Positions 40,466 through 49,122 of a DNA stretch of 64,000 nucleotides are shown here, in pieces. The DNA comes from Rubripirellula sp. (GTDB taxonomy: Bacteria > Planctomycetota > Planctomycetia > Pirellulales > Pirellulaceae), in contig OZ244207.1 in the NCBI GenBank assembly GCA_965216875.1, positions 5,376,001 to 5,440,000 on the forward strand, given 5' to 3'. The notes under the pieces are model-generated. The model made no database searches, was not told where the DNA came from, and saw only the letters and a program-made list of their open reading frames with translations. Each line of letters starts with the position of its first letter. The first letter of the stretch is position 1. Position numbers and translations under genes: made by a program.

Positions 40466-42445
40466 ATGTATTCCATCTCAGGTTTTCGGCCGACAATCGG
40501 CCGGCTCCTTCTCACCGTCTGGTCTCTCTTTTGCGCCTTGCTCGTCGTCGAATCGACCACGCAAGCGGTCGCCCATGCCCAAGAGGCCGCAGGACAATAC
40601 ACGCCCGCCTCAAAATTGTTTCCTGATTCGACCGCCGGTCTGGTCCGCCTGCCCGATCTTCCTAAATTCCTCGACGCGTACGAGAAAACGCGATTTGGAA
40701 AACTGATGGATGATCCGGCGATGCAGCCGTTCGTCGAGGCGCAGCGGGAACGAGCCGAAAGCTACTTTGAAACGATCAACGAAAAGATCGGCATCCGCGC
40801 CGAAGACTTGATGGACATCGCCACCGGTGAAGTCGTGGTGGCTTGGTTGCCCTTTGAAAAAGACAAACGTCGCCCGTTCGCGGTCTGCGTGATCGCCGAC
40901 ACTCGCGGTGCGCGTCAACGCGCCGACAAGGTAATGGAGCAAATCGACGAGGACTTGAAGGGGGCCGGTGCAACGCGCACGGATGTCACACACGCTGGTC
41001 AAGAAGTTCGCGTCTACGCCCACGAGCGCAAGCCGGGACAACTGAAAATCGAACAGATTGCGGTCACCCTCAGCGATAATCGCATCATCGCGGCGGATCG
41101 TGATTCGGTCGTGACCGACCTGCTTGATGCAATCGCTGGCAATCCCAAAGGAAAGTCGATCAGTGAGTTGCCGGAGTTTCAAACGGTGCTCAAACGATCC
41201 GCCCAAGCGATTGCTGGACCGCTCAAGAACGGTGGTGGCGCGCTTGCGACCGAGTGGTTTGCGCGACCCTTTCAGATGGGCCGCATCCTTCGCGAAACAT
41301 TCAATGTCGATCGAGGCAACGATGTCGACATCCTTAAGCTTCTCGAAGGACAGGGATTTGATGCCGTCAAAGCCGCCGGTGGCGTTGCTGCGATCGGGGG
41401 CAACAAGTTCGACTTCTTGCATCGTGGCTTCATCCTTGCGCCCGCTGTAACGACCGAACCCAGCAAATACGAATTGGCAGCCAAGATGCTGCAGTTTGCA
41501 AACACCCCACGTGAAGAAGTGCCCGCCTGGGTTCATGAAAGCGCTGCGAGTTTCAATCGCCTGCACCTCAACATCACCGACGCATTCTGGGCATCCGAAA
41601 CGCTGATCGACGAGGCACTCGGTGACAAAGTGTTCCGTCCAATGCTTGATGGAATCAAGAACGATAAGGATGGCCCTCAAATCGACATCCCTGGCGAAGT
41701 GATCCCGAACCTCGCCGATCAGGTCATCTTGTTGACCGACAACACGGCACCGGTCGACGAGAACTCTGAGCGGATGTTGGTCGCAATCCGTGTGCTTGAT
41801 GCCAAGAAAATCGAAGAGAGCATTCGCAAGGTGATGGAACTGGAAAGCGACACCGAAAAACTGGATGTCGTTCCAGGCGTCGAAATCTGGCGCGTCCAGC
41901 GCGGCGAATCAAGTGACGACGACACCTTCGAATCCGAAGAGTTCAAAGACCTTGATCTCGACTTCGGCGAGGAATCAGAGGATTCACAACCGTTGCTCAC
42001 TCAATTTGCGATCGCGGTTGTCGACTGTGAACCAACGCCCTACTTGGTTTTCTCATCGCACCCGGAACTCTTGATCGAGACAGCTGGTCGGCTCAAGTCG
42101 GGCGAAGACGGGGGCTTTGCGAAGTCCGAAGAGATCAAAGAGATCGCCGCCGCGGCAGTTCAACTCGGGGGCAATTCGCCGGCCTTCGATCGAATGGTCA
42201 AAATGCGCCGATCGCTGCGTGCAAAATACGAACTCCTGCGTCAGGGCAAACTCGAGGACAGCGGATCGATTCTGGCTGCCTTGATTCGCCGCTTCTTTGA
42301 CGACGATAGCGAAGAGGAATCCGAGGACATCAGCGCCGAGAAGCTTCCGCCGATCGGTGCAATTGAAAAGTACCTCCCGAACGGGGGAAGCTATTTCGAG
42401 ACGGCTGAGGACGGCTGGTCGATCACAGGATTCCTTCTCAAGTAG
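40466..42445 (+). CDS. Exported or membrane-anchored hypothetical protein
   Basis: 659-aa ORF with a hydrophobic N-terminus; no catalytic motif recognised. Confidence 0.75.
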   Translation: MYSISGFRPTIGRLLLTVWSLFCALLVVESTTQAVAHAQEAAGQYTPASKLFPDSTAGLVRLPDLPKFLDAYEKTRFGKLMDDPAMQPFVEAQRERAESYFETINEKIGIRAEDLMDIATGEVVVAWLPFEKDKRRPFAVCVIADTRGARQRADKVMEQIDEDLKGAGATRTDVTHAGQEVRVYAHERKPGQLKIEQIAVTLSDNRIIAADRDSVVTDLLDAIAGNPKGKSISELPEFQTVLKRSAQAIAGPLKNGGGALATEWFARPFQMGRILRETFNVDRGNDVDILKLLEGQGFDAVKAAGGVAAIGGNKFDFLHRGFILAPAVTTEPSKYELAAKMLQFANTPREEVPAWVHESAASFNRLHLNITDAFWASETLIDEALGDKVFRPMLDGIKNDKDGPQIDIPGEVIPNLADQVILLTDNTAPVDENSERMLVAIRVLDAKKIEESIRKVMELESDTEKLDVVPGVEIWRVQRGESSDDDTFESEEFKDLDLDFGEESEDSQPLLTQFAIAVVDCEPTPYLVFSSHPELLIETAGRLKSGEDGGFAKSEEIKEIAAAAVQLGGNSPAFDRMVKMRRSLRAKYELLRQGKLEDSGSILAALIRRFFDDDSEEESEDISAEKLPPIGAIEKYLPNGGSYFETAEDGWSITGFLLK

Positions 42446-42451
42446 GTAGTG

Positions 42452-42692
42452 GTAGGCCGGATCAAGGAGCGACAGCGACGCAGATCCGGCACTCCCGCCA
42501 CGCGTCATCCGCACCGTTCGTCCTCCGCCCTTGGGCGCCTTTGGGCGGAATGAGAGAAGATTCCGGCTAAAGCTCGGTACTACGAACGAGTCTTCCCTCC
42601 ACGCGTCGTAGCTACCTTCGCCAGAAGGTGGTCCGTGTTGGCTCGCCAAATCAGATCGCTAGCGGAAGATTCCGGCTAAAGCTCGGTACTAC
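42452..42692. repeat. REP-like cluster: family A copy 3, family C twice, family E
   Basis: Copies at 42452-42490, 42554-42587, 42608-42631 and 42665-42692. Confidence 0.85.
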
Positions 42693-43225
42693 ATACGGGG
42701 GGCCGTGAACAAAACACCAAAATTTGTTGGCGGGGTTTTCCCCTCAGCAGACCTACACCCTTTTAGGCACGAAGCCCACCGAATCCGGGGGCCATTTGGT
42801 CTCGAAAGCTACCCGGGTTTGCCGCACGAACGATGGGACAAATGAACGGGCACTTGTTCCATTGGCGGGTGCGATTTTGTGTTGGGGCACCGCTACTTTC
42901 GTCTTCTCCGATAAGTAGCGGTCATCACCAATCGCACCCGCCCGTGTGCTCGGCAATTGCACAGCCCGTGTGCTCGGCTACATTCGTTGCTACAGCAGTC
43001 TGCCACCGCCCCAACAGCTTCTGTGCGTGAACACCATCCACGCTCAGCCCACCTGATCATTCCCCACCCCCAATCTCCCCTGTCAGGGAAGCCCCGACAC
43101 CCGCCAAAGCAGCAGAATACATCGCTGATGCGATTTGATATTTTGTTTGTATTACATACGTCAGTCACTATGGTGTGGTGCTCATGCTGATCCTGTAATG
43201 GGTTCCAAGGTACGGCTGGTAAACC

Positions 43226-43819
43226 GTGACTCCATCAGAGTTTGATTCCGGAGGCCTGTCGCAGACCGATCGTTCACTTGTTGTGCTTGTACGTGGTGGC
43301 GATGAAGACGCTGCGACAGCATTGTACGAACGCTATGCGCGACGGGTGTTTGGGTTGGTTGAAGCTCAACTCGGTGAGCGGCTGCGCGCAAACACGGAAC
43401 CCGAAGACGTCGTTCAATCCGTCTTCAAGAGCATGTTCCGTGGTGTTCAAGCGGGACACTACGACGCTCCCCCAGGCACAACGCTCTGGAATCTGCTGGC
43501 GGTGATCGCCGTCCATAAACTGCGCCGAAAAGCGGGCCACCACTCAGCCAAGCGGCGCGACACCAAACGTAATATTTCGCTTGAAACGCTCGAAGAGGGC
43601 GTCGGGCTCGACCCCTCGTCGCTTGAGTTCCTTCAAGTCACCGTCCGAGAAACGCTCGAATTGCTGCGACCGATCGACCGCGAGATCCTATCGCTAAGGA
43701 TTCAAAGGTACACCGTTGACGAGATCAGCGCTGAACTGGGCCGCAGCCGACGGACGGTCGAACGAAGCCTGCAGCGCAGTCGCGAAAGACTCGCCGACCT
43801 TTTGCTCGACGAAAAGTAG
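43226..43819 (+). CDS. ECF RNA polymerase sigma factor
   Basis: GDEDAATALYERY, PEDVVQSVF, AKRRD; region 4 DEISAELGRSRRTVER. Confidence 0.92.
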   Translation: MTPSEFDSGGLSQTDRSLVVLVRGGDEDAATALYERYARRVFGLVEAQLGERLRANTEPEDVVQSVFKSMFRGVQAGHYDAPPGTTLWNLLAVIAVHKLRRKAGHHSAKRRDTKRNISLETLEEGVGLDPSSLEFLQVTVRETLELLRPIDREILSLRIQRYTVDEISAELGRSRRTVERSLQRSRERLADLLLDEK

Positions 43820-43982
43820 CGACAACAACCAATCACCTTTTTGCCCACACACCCCAATTTCCCTAAAAACCTGGAAATAGTTTGGCGGAAATCAACCGGT
43901 AGGTAACCTCAACTAGGTGTAGCCGCATGCGCGTACGGTGGGGGCATTGCTGGCTGTATGAGTCACAGGGCAGGCCATTGCC

Positions 43983-46900
43983 ATGATCAATAAGAGTAGC
44001 GTCGACCAACTTGATGAAGCCATTGATTGCTTCGAACGTGATTGGTCTCCGAGGTCCCTTGGAGGCATCCGGTCGCTGCTGAACCAATTTGATCTTGGTA
44101 ACGACCATTCAGCGATCACCGAGCTGATTCGGATCGACATCGAGCTACGTTACAACCACGGCCTCTCTTTTCCGTTGGACGACTACTTCCGCGAATTTGA
44201 CGGGCTGCTGACGAGCCCAGAAAGCGTGGCCCAAATTGCGTTTGAGGACTATCGAAGTCGGGTTGCCCACGGACACTCAATGGCCGTTTCTCGTTGGCAA
44301 CAACTGCCCGGTATTGGTGATCAGAGTTGGTATCGCGATTTGGTTGGCAAAACGAGCGCTCGCAAATCCCAGCTCAAGAACCGACCGCCGATCGGGACGG
44401 TGGCCGATGTTGGGTTTGAAGAAGCGCTTGAAAAGATCGGCTTTCGACTTGTCGAAGAACTCGGCAGCGGCGCGTTCAGCAAAGTCTACCTTGCAACGCA
44501 AGATGATCTGGCCGATCGTCACGTGGTGTTGAAAGTCGTGCGGCAAGCGCTCGCCGAACCCCAAAACATGGCGATGTTGCAGCACACCAACATCGTGCCA
44601 ATCTATTCGTTCCATCGCATTCAATCGCGATCGGTGATCTGCATGCCCTATGCCGGTGGGCTGACGTTGTCGGACTACCTTTCGTGCGACGATCAAGCAT
44701 CTTCCCGAGGCGGCCAAGGTTTGGTTAGCACCGTGCTTAACCAAGCGCATGACACGGTGGTCGACAGCGAGCCAACCGATGCCGAAGACGACAACAACCA
44801 AAACGGTTCGACACGAGTCCTACATCCAAGTGATCTCAAGAAGCCGCTCGAGTCGCTGCAAGACCTCGACTGCAGTGAGCTTGCGTTATGGATTTTTGGA
44901 CGGCTCGCTGGCGCACTCGCACACTCACACGCGCGTGGCTTGCTTCACGGCGACCTCAAACCCGCCAACGTTCTGATCCGAAACGACGGCGAACCAGCAC
45001 TACTCGACTTTAACCTCGCCCAGTCACTCGACCGCAAACAGATCGCACATGTTGGCGGCACCTTGCCCTACATGCCGCCTGAATCGTATCGCGCATTGAT
45101 GGGCCAATCGTTGGCTCCTCATTCATCGTCTGACGTGTATGCGTTGGGGGTGATGCTCTATGAATTCGTCACGGGCCGACTCCCTTATTCGGCGCCGCAA
45201 TCAACCAGTGCGAGTGACCTTGAACCGGCGATCAAAGACCGTAGCAATCCGGTGCAATGGCGCAGCGAAGACTCGGGCAGCCCAGGCTTGCGACGCATCG
45301 TTGAGCGTTGCCTCCTCGCCGAACCAGACCAACGATACTCGGCCGAACAGCTTCGCGAGGATTTGCAGCGAGAAAGCGAAAACAAGTCGCTCAGCCATAC
45401 GACCGAACCGACCACCTATCAAGCGACCAAGTGGCTCAAGCGTCATCCAAAAGCCGTCTCTGCCTCAACAGCCGGCGTGCTATTGATCTGCCTAATGATT
45501 CCTCTGGGCCTTGTTGCCATTGGGCTCAAGCAACAGTCGGATCATATGTCGGTCGTCGCTCAAATGGATGCGTTTGCTGACAGATCAGCCGACGTTCTGT
45601 CGACAACCATCGTCAATCCGCTTCGCCACCAAGACGATCTGATCGTCGCCGCGCTCGAACCGCTCGAAGAGTTTGGGATCCTCAACCCCGATCGTGAAAA
45701 CGAATTCCAATCGGCTTTGCTGACCCCCGAGCAGATCGAACAACACCGCGACACCGCCTTTCGACATGTCGCGCAAGTGGCCTATGCGGAAATCGACTGG
45801 CTCTCTTCGCGAAACGAGGCTGCCATCGACAGAGCCTCGCGCAAGCGATTGGACCGTTTGGTCGATGCGGCCGAGCGCATCCAAGGCGACATTCCTTCGC
45901 GAGCACTACTGTTCATTCGTGCTGACCAGGCCCTCCTGTCGGGCAAAACCGACCAATTCAAGAAGCTCTCGAAAAAGGCTGCCAAGGTCTTGTTGTCCGA
46001 TTCCAATGACACCGAACGCTATCTCGAAGCGATTCGTTTGTACAAGGAACGAGAATACGCCGAGGCAAGAAAACAACTTACTGAATTGGCGGACAGCGAC
46101 ATTCCGTCGGCTCTGCGTTGGACCATGCTTGGACGAGCACAGTTTCAATCGGGAAAATACGAAGACGCAAAACTTTCGTTCACTCAGTCCATCGAGCACG
46201 CCCCGACCGCATCGCGGCTTTGGTATCTACGTGCCCGTTGTTTCACGGCCACAAACATGTATCGTCGGGCTGCCGATGACCTTTCCAAGGCAATCGACCT
46301 CGAACCCGACCTCACTACGGCATGGACGCTGCGTGGCCTCTGCTACGAGAACATGAAACGGTTCGATGACGCGGTGGCGGACCAAACCGAAGCTCTCAAG
46401 CACTCGCCAAACAACCCGCACGTCTTGTTACTGCGTAGCCGAGCATTCGGAAAACTGAATCTCAAAGAACGGGCCGATGCAGACTACCGAGCCGCGTTGG
46501 AATCGGAGTCGCTTGTGCCGGCCGACTTGATCACTCGAGCGACCGCGCGCGTCAAACGCGGCGACCCCGAAGGCGCACTCGAAGACCTCGAACTCGCATT
46601 TCAACGCAGCCGGCGCGACGCAGGAATCCTTCAAGATAAGGCGTCCGTCCTTTGCAAACTGGGCCGCTACGAGGAAGCAATTGCGTCGCTCCAACAGGCC
46701 GTCGAGCTTGACCCCAGTCGTGAACAGTCGCTGATCGATGCCGCTGTCCTCTTGGCCCGATTTGGACAGGAGAAGCAAGCGAAGAGCTACCTTCGTAAGG
46801 CCATCCGTCCACCAAACAAACCTCGAACGCTTTATCAAGCCGCGTGTGCCAACGCGCTGCTAGGCGAGAACTACCATAAGCGAGCGCTCCCGTTGCTCGC

Positions 46901-47054
46901 CAAAGCACTTCAGTCCGGATACGGAGCGGAGGAGATCAGCCTTGATGACGATCTTGATTCGCTTCGTGAGTACTCCGACTTCAGATCAATGTTAAAAACC
47001 GTCGAATTGGGCAACCGACTTGTGGAAAAGAAAGCATCACGTAAACAACCCTAG
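43983..47054 (+). CDS. Ser/Thr protein kinase with a TM helix and C-terminal TPR array
   Basis: GSGAFSKV, VVLK, HGDLKPAN, DFN, GTLPYMPPE, DVYALG; TM helix; many TPRs. Confidence 0.93.
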   Translation: MINKSSVDQLDEAIDCFERDWSPRSLGGIRSLLNQFDLGNDHSAITELIRIDIELRYNHGLSFPLDDYFREFDGLLTSPESVAQIAFEDYRSRVAHGHSMAVSRWQQLPGIGDQSWYRDLVGKTSARKSQLKNRPPIGTVADVGFEEALEKIGFRLVEELGSGAFSKVYLATQDDLADRHVVLKVVRQALAEPQNMAMLQHTNIVPIYSFHRIQSRSVICMPYAGGLTLSDYLSCDDQASSRGGQGLVSTVLNQAHDTVVDSEPTDAEDDNNQNGSTRVLHPSDLKKPLESLQDLDCSELALWIFGRLAGALAHSHARGLLHGDLKPANVLIRNDGEPALLDFNLAQSLDRKQIAHVGGTLPYMPPESYRALMGQSLAPHSSSDVYALGVMLYEFVTGRLPYSAPQSTSASDLEPAIKDRSNPVQWRSEDSGSPGLRRIVERCLLAEPDQRYSAEQLREDLQRESENKSLSHTTEPTTYQATKWLKRHPKAVSASTAGVLLICLMIPLGLVAIGLKQQSDHMSVVAQMDAFADRSADVLSTTIVNPLRHQDDLIVAALEPLEEFGILNPDRENEFQSALLTPEQIEQHRDTAFRHVAQVAYAEIDWLSSRNEAAIDRASRKRLDRLVDAAERIQGDIPSRALLFIRADQALLSGKTDQFKKLSKKAAKVLLSDSNDTERYLEAIRLYKEREYAEARKQLTELADSDIPSALRWTMLGRAQFQSGKYEDAKLSFTQSIEHAPTASRLWYLRARCFTATNMYRRAADDLSKAIDLEPDLTTAWTLRGLCYENMKRFDDAVADQTEALKHSPNNPHVLLLRSRAFGKLNLKERADADYRAALESESLVPADLITRATARVKRGDPEGALEDLELAFQRSRRDAGILQDKASVLCKLGRYEEAIASLQQAVELDPSREQSLIDAAVLLARFGQEKQAKSYLRKAIRPPNKPRTLYQAACANALLGENYHKRALPLLAKALQSGYGAEEISLDDDLDSLREYSDFRSMLKTVELGNRLVEKKASRKQP

Positions 47055-47083
47055 CTATTCACCATGTGCCCTGTGATTTCAGA

Positions 47084-49120
47084 ATGAAGACCCCAACGAG
47101 ACACCGTCGCCCCGCATCAAAAAGGATTGAGATCGAACCGCTTGAGTCACGCCAATTGCTTGCCGCATTCGGCACACCGTGGCCCAACCCAAGAGAATTG
47201 ACCATCAGCTTCCCTACGGATGGAGTTGCAATCGGTCAGCACCCGAACGACCTTCACGCAACGCTTGACACCATCTCGGCGAGAAGCGAGTGGCAAGAGC
47301 TTGCACTGCGTGCGTACCAAACGTGGTCCGTGTACGCCGACGTCAACGTTGGCCTAAGGAATGACCACAACGTCGCATTTGGAACGGCGGGAATGTCGGT
47401 CAACGACCCGCGTTTCGGAGAGTTTCGCATTGGAGCTTTCCCACAAGGTGGTGTGCTTGCCAACTCGATTCCGTTTCAAGCATCGGCCGGAACCTACTCC
47501 GGTGATTTGCTTCTGAATTCGAACGAGCCGTTCTTCTATCACGACTGGGCCGGTGGTGTGCCACCGGCTCCCAGTTCCTACAAAGGCTACGAGCGAGATT
47601 TGTTTAGCCTGTTGCTTCACGAGTCGGGCAACACGCTGGGAGTGGATGATAACAAGACGCCACACTCGGTGATGTTTCGGCAATACACCGTCCCCAAGGG
47701 AACGCTTTCGCAGAGCGACATCGACAGCATTCAAGCCATTTATGGTGCGCGCACGGACCCGTTTGAACTTGTCGACAACGGCCAGCTTCAGCTGGCGACG
47801 TTGGTTTCCACTCCAGTTGGATTCCAAACCGCGTCGGATGTGATTTCTGTTTCGGGCAGTTTGAAGGACGCTGCGGATGTTGATTACTACGAAGTGACCC
47901 CCGCAAGCGGGCAAGACGATGTAACTGTCCGACTTCGAGCTGCTGGCATATCGTTGTTGACCTCCAAGGTCGATGTGCTTGATGTCAATGGCAATGTCCT
48001 TGGATCGGCGAGCGCAGCCTCGGCGTTTGACAACGACAACGAAATCAACCTCAGCGGACTGAGCGGCCACTCGGTGATCTACATTCGCGTCGCGAGCGCG
48101 AACCAAGATATCTACGGAATCGGCGATTACAAAATCGAAGTCGACTACCGGGACGCGACCGTCAAGGCATCCGACCCAACGCCCAAGGCGCACGATGGCG
48201 GTGTTGACTCGCTCTTTACCAATTTTGCGATTGCCGACGACGAGCAGGGCATCAACGACACGCTCGCGTCGGCGGGCACCCTCAACCATGCCACTGGCTT
48301 TGCTCCCCAAACCCGCTACGAGATCGTCTCGGCAGTATCATCGCTAACCGATGTCGACTACCTGAAAGTCCCTGGCACGAGTGTTGCCGGTCGTTTGATG
48401 GTGCACCTTTCTGGTGTTGGCTTGGATCAACCCGGGATGGACCTGAAGATTGTTGACACAAACGATCAACCGGTCGGAGCATCGGGCCGCCTACGACCAG
48501 ATGGATCGTGGGTGCTTGTCGTGAATCAGCCCGTCGTCAATGCAGACTACTATCTGCGTATCAGCGTGGATCCAACGTCCGCCGTCAGTGTCGGCAACTA
48601 TGTCGCGTCAGCAGAATTTGTTCCTTCCGACACGCCGCATCACATGACAAGTGGCTCGGTCTCTTCTATCGAAGAAGACTTCATTCGCTGGACGGCCGAC
48701 AAGTCAAAGTTGTTTCGATTCGACCTGTTCGCAAGTGGCGGTGCGAGAAACGAACTGGCACGGATTGTCATCTATGACGCTCACACCAAAGAAATCAAAC
48801 TCGCGTTCGCGGCGCGGTCCGACGCGGCACGAAGCGCCCACGTCTGGCTCGAGCAGGGCGACTACATCATTCGATTCACTGCCATCTCGCGCACCGGCAA
48901 TCCCGTCGACAATATCAACTACCGGCTCGAATGCCACGGCATTTCCGATGACCAGGATCCCGACGACCACGACCCACAAGACGACGACGGGCACAACCCT
49001 TATTACTACTACGAATACCAGTACTACGATTACAACACCGACCCAGGCAGCTCCGACTACTACGGGTATTATTATGGGTACGGAAGTGACCCCGAACCCC
49101 ATCCCACCAATACGCCATAG
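47084..49120 (+). CDS. Exported matrixin-like protein with a degenerate zinc motif, PPC-like domains and an Asp/Tyr-rich tail
   Basis: IEPLESRQLLA export motif; ALRAYQTW; HESGNTLGVDD plus SVM Met-turn; repeated DVDYY/DVDYL modules; Tyr-rich C-terminus. Confidence 0.85.
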   Translation: MKTPTRHRRPASKRIEIEPLESRQLLAAFGTPWPNPRELTISFPTDGVAIGQHPNDLHATLDTISARSEWQELALRAYQTWSVYADVNVGLRNDHNVAFGTAGMSVNDPRFGEFRIGAFPQGGVLANSIPFQASAGTYSGDLLLNSNEPFFYHDWAGGVPPAPSSYKGYERDLFSLLLHESGNTLGVDDNKTPHSVMFRQYTVPKGTLSQSDIDSIQAIYGARTDPFELVDNGQLQLATLVSTPVGFQTASDVISVSGSLKDAADVDYYEVTPASGQDDVTVRLRAAGISLLTSKVDVLDVNGNVLGSASAASAFDNDNEINLSGLSGHSVIYIRVASANQDIYGIGDYKIEVDYRDATVKASDPTPKAHDGGVDSLFTNFAIADDEQGINDTLASAGTLNHATGFAPQTRYEIVSAVSSLTDVDYLKVPGTSVAGRLMVHLSGVGLDQPGMDLKIVDTNDQPVGASGRLRPDGSWVLVVNQPVVNADYYLRISVDPTSAVSVGNYVASAEFVPSDTPHHMTSGSVSSIEEDFIRWTADKSKLFRFDLFASGGARNELARIVIYDAHTKEIKLAFAARSDAARSAHVWLEQGDYIIRFTAISRTGNPVDNINYRLECHGISDDQDPDDHDPQDDDGHNPYYYYEYQYYDYNTDPGSSDYYGYYYGYGSDPEPHPTNTP

Positions 49121-49122
49121 GC

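Noticed and set aside
42740..42830. c-di-GMP-I or c-di-AMP riboswitch (GGCAAACC on the minus strand)
   Set aside because: The other required elements (GAAA-capped stem, GACGCAAA) are missing or wrongly spaced.
48947..49081. Tyr tail as a simple TAC microsatellite artefact
   Set aside because: It mixes TAT and TAC codons with varied interruptions, stays in frame and ends at a stop 2 nt before the next gene, which fits protein-level selection better.
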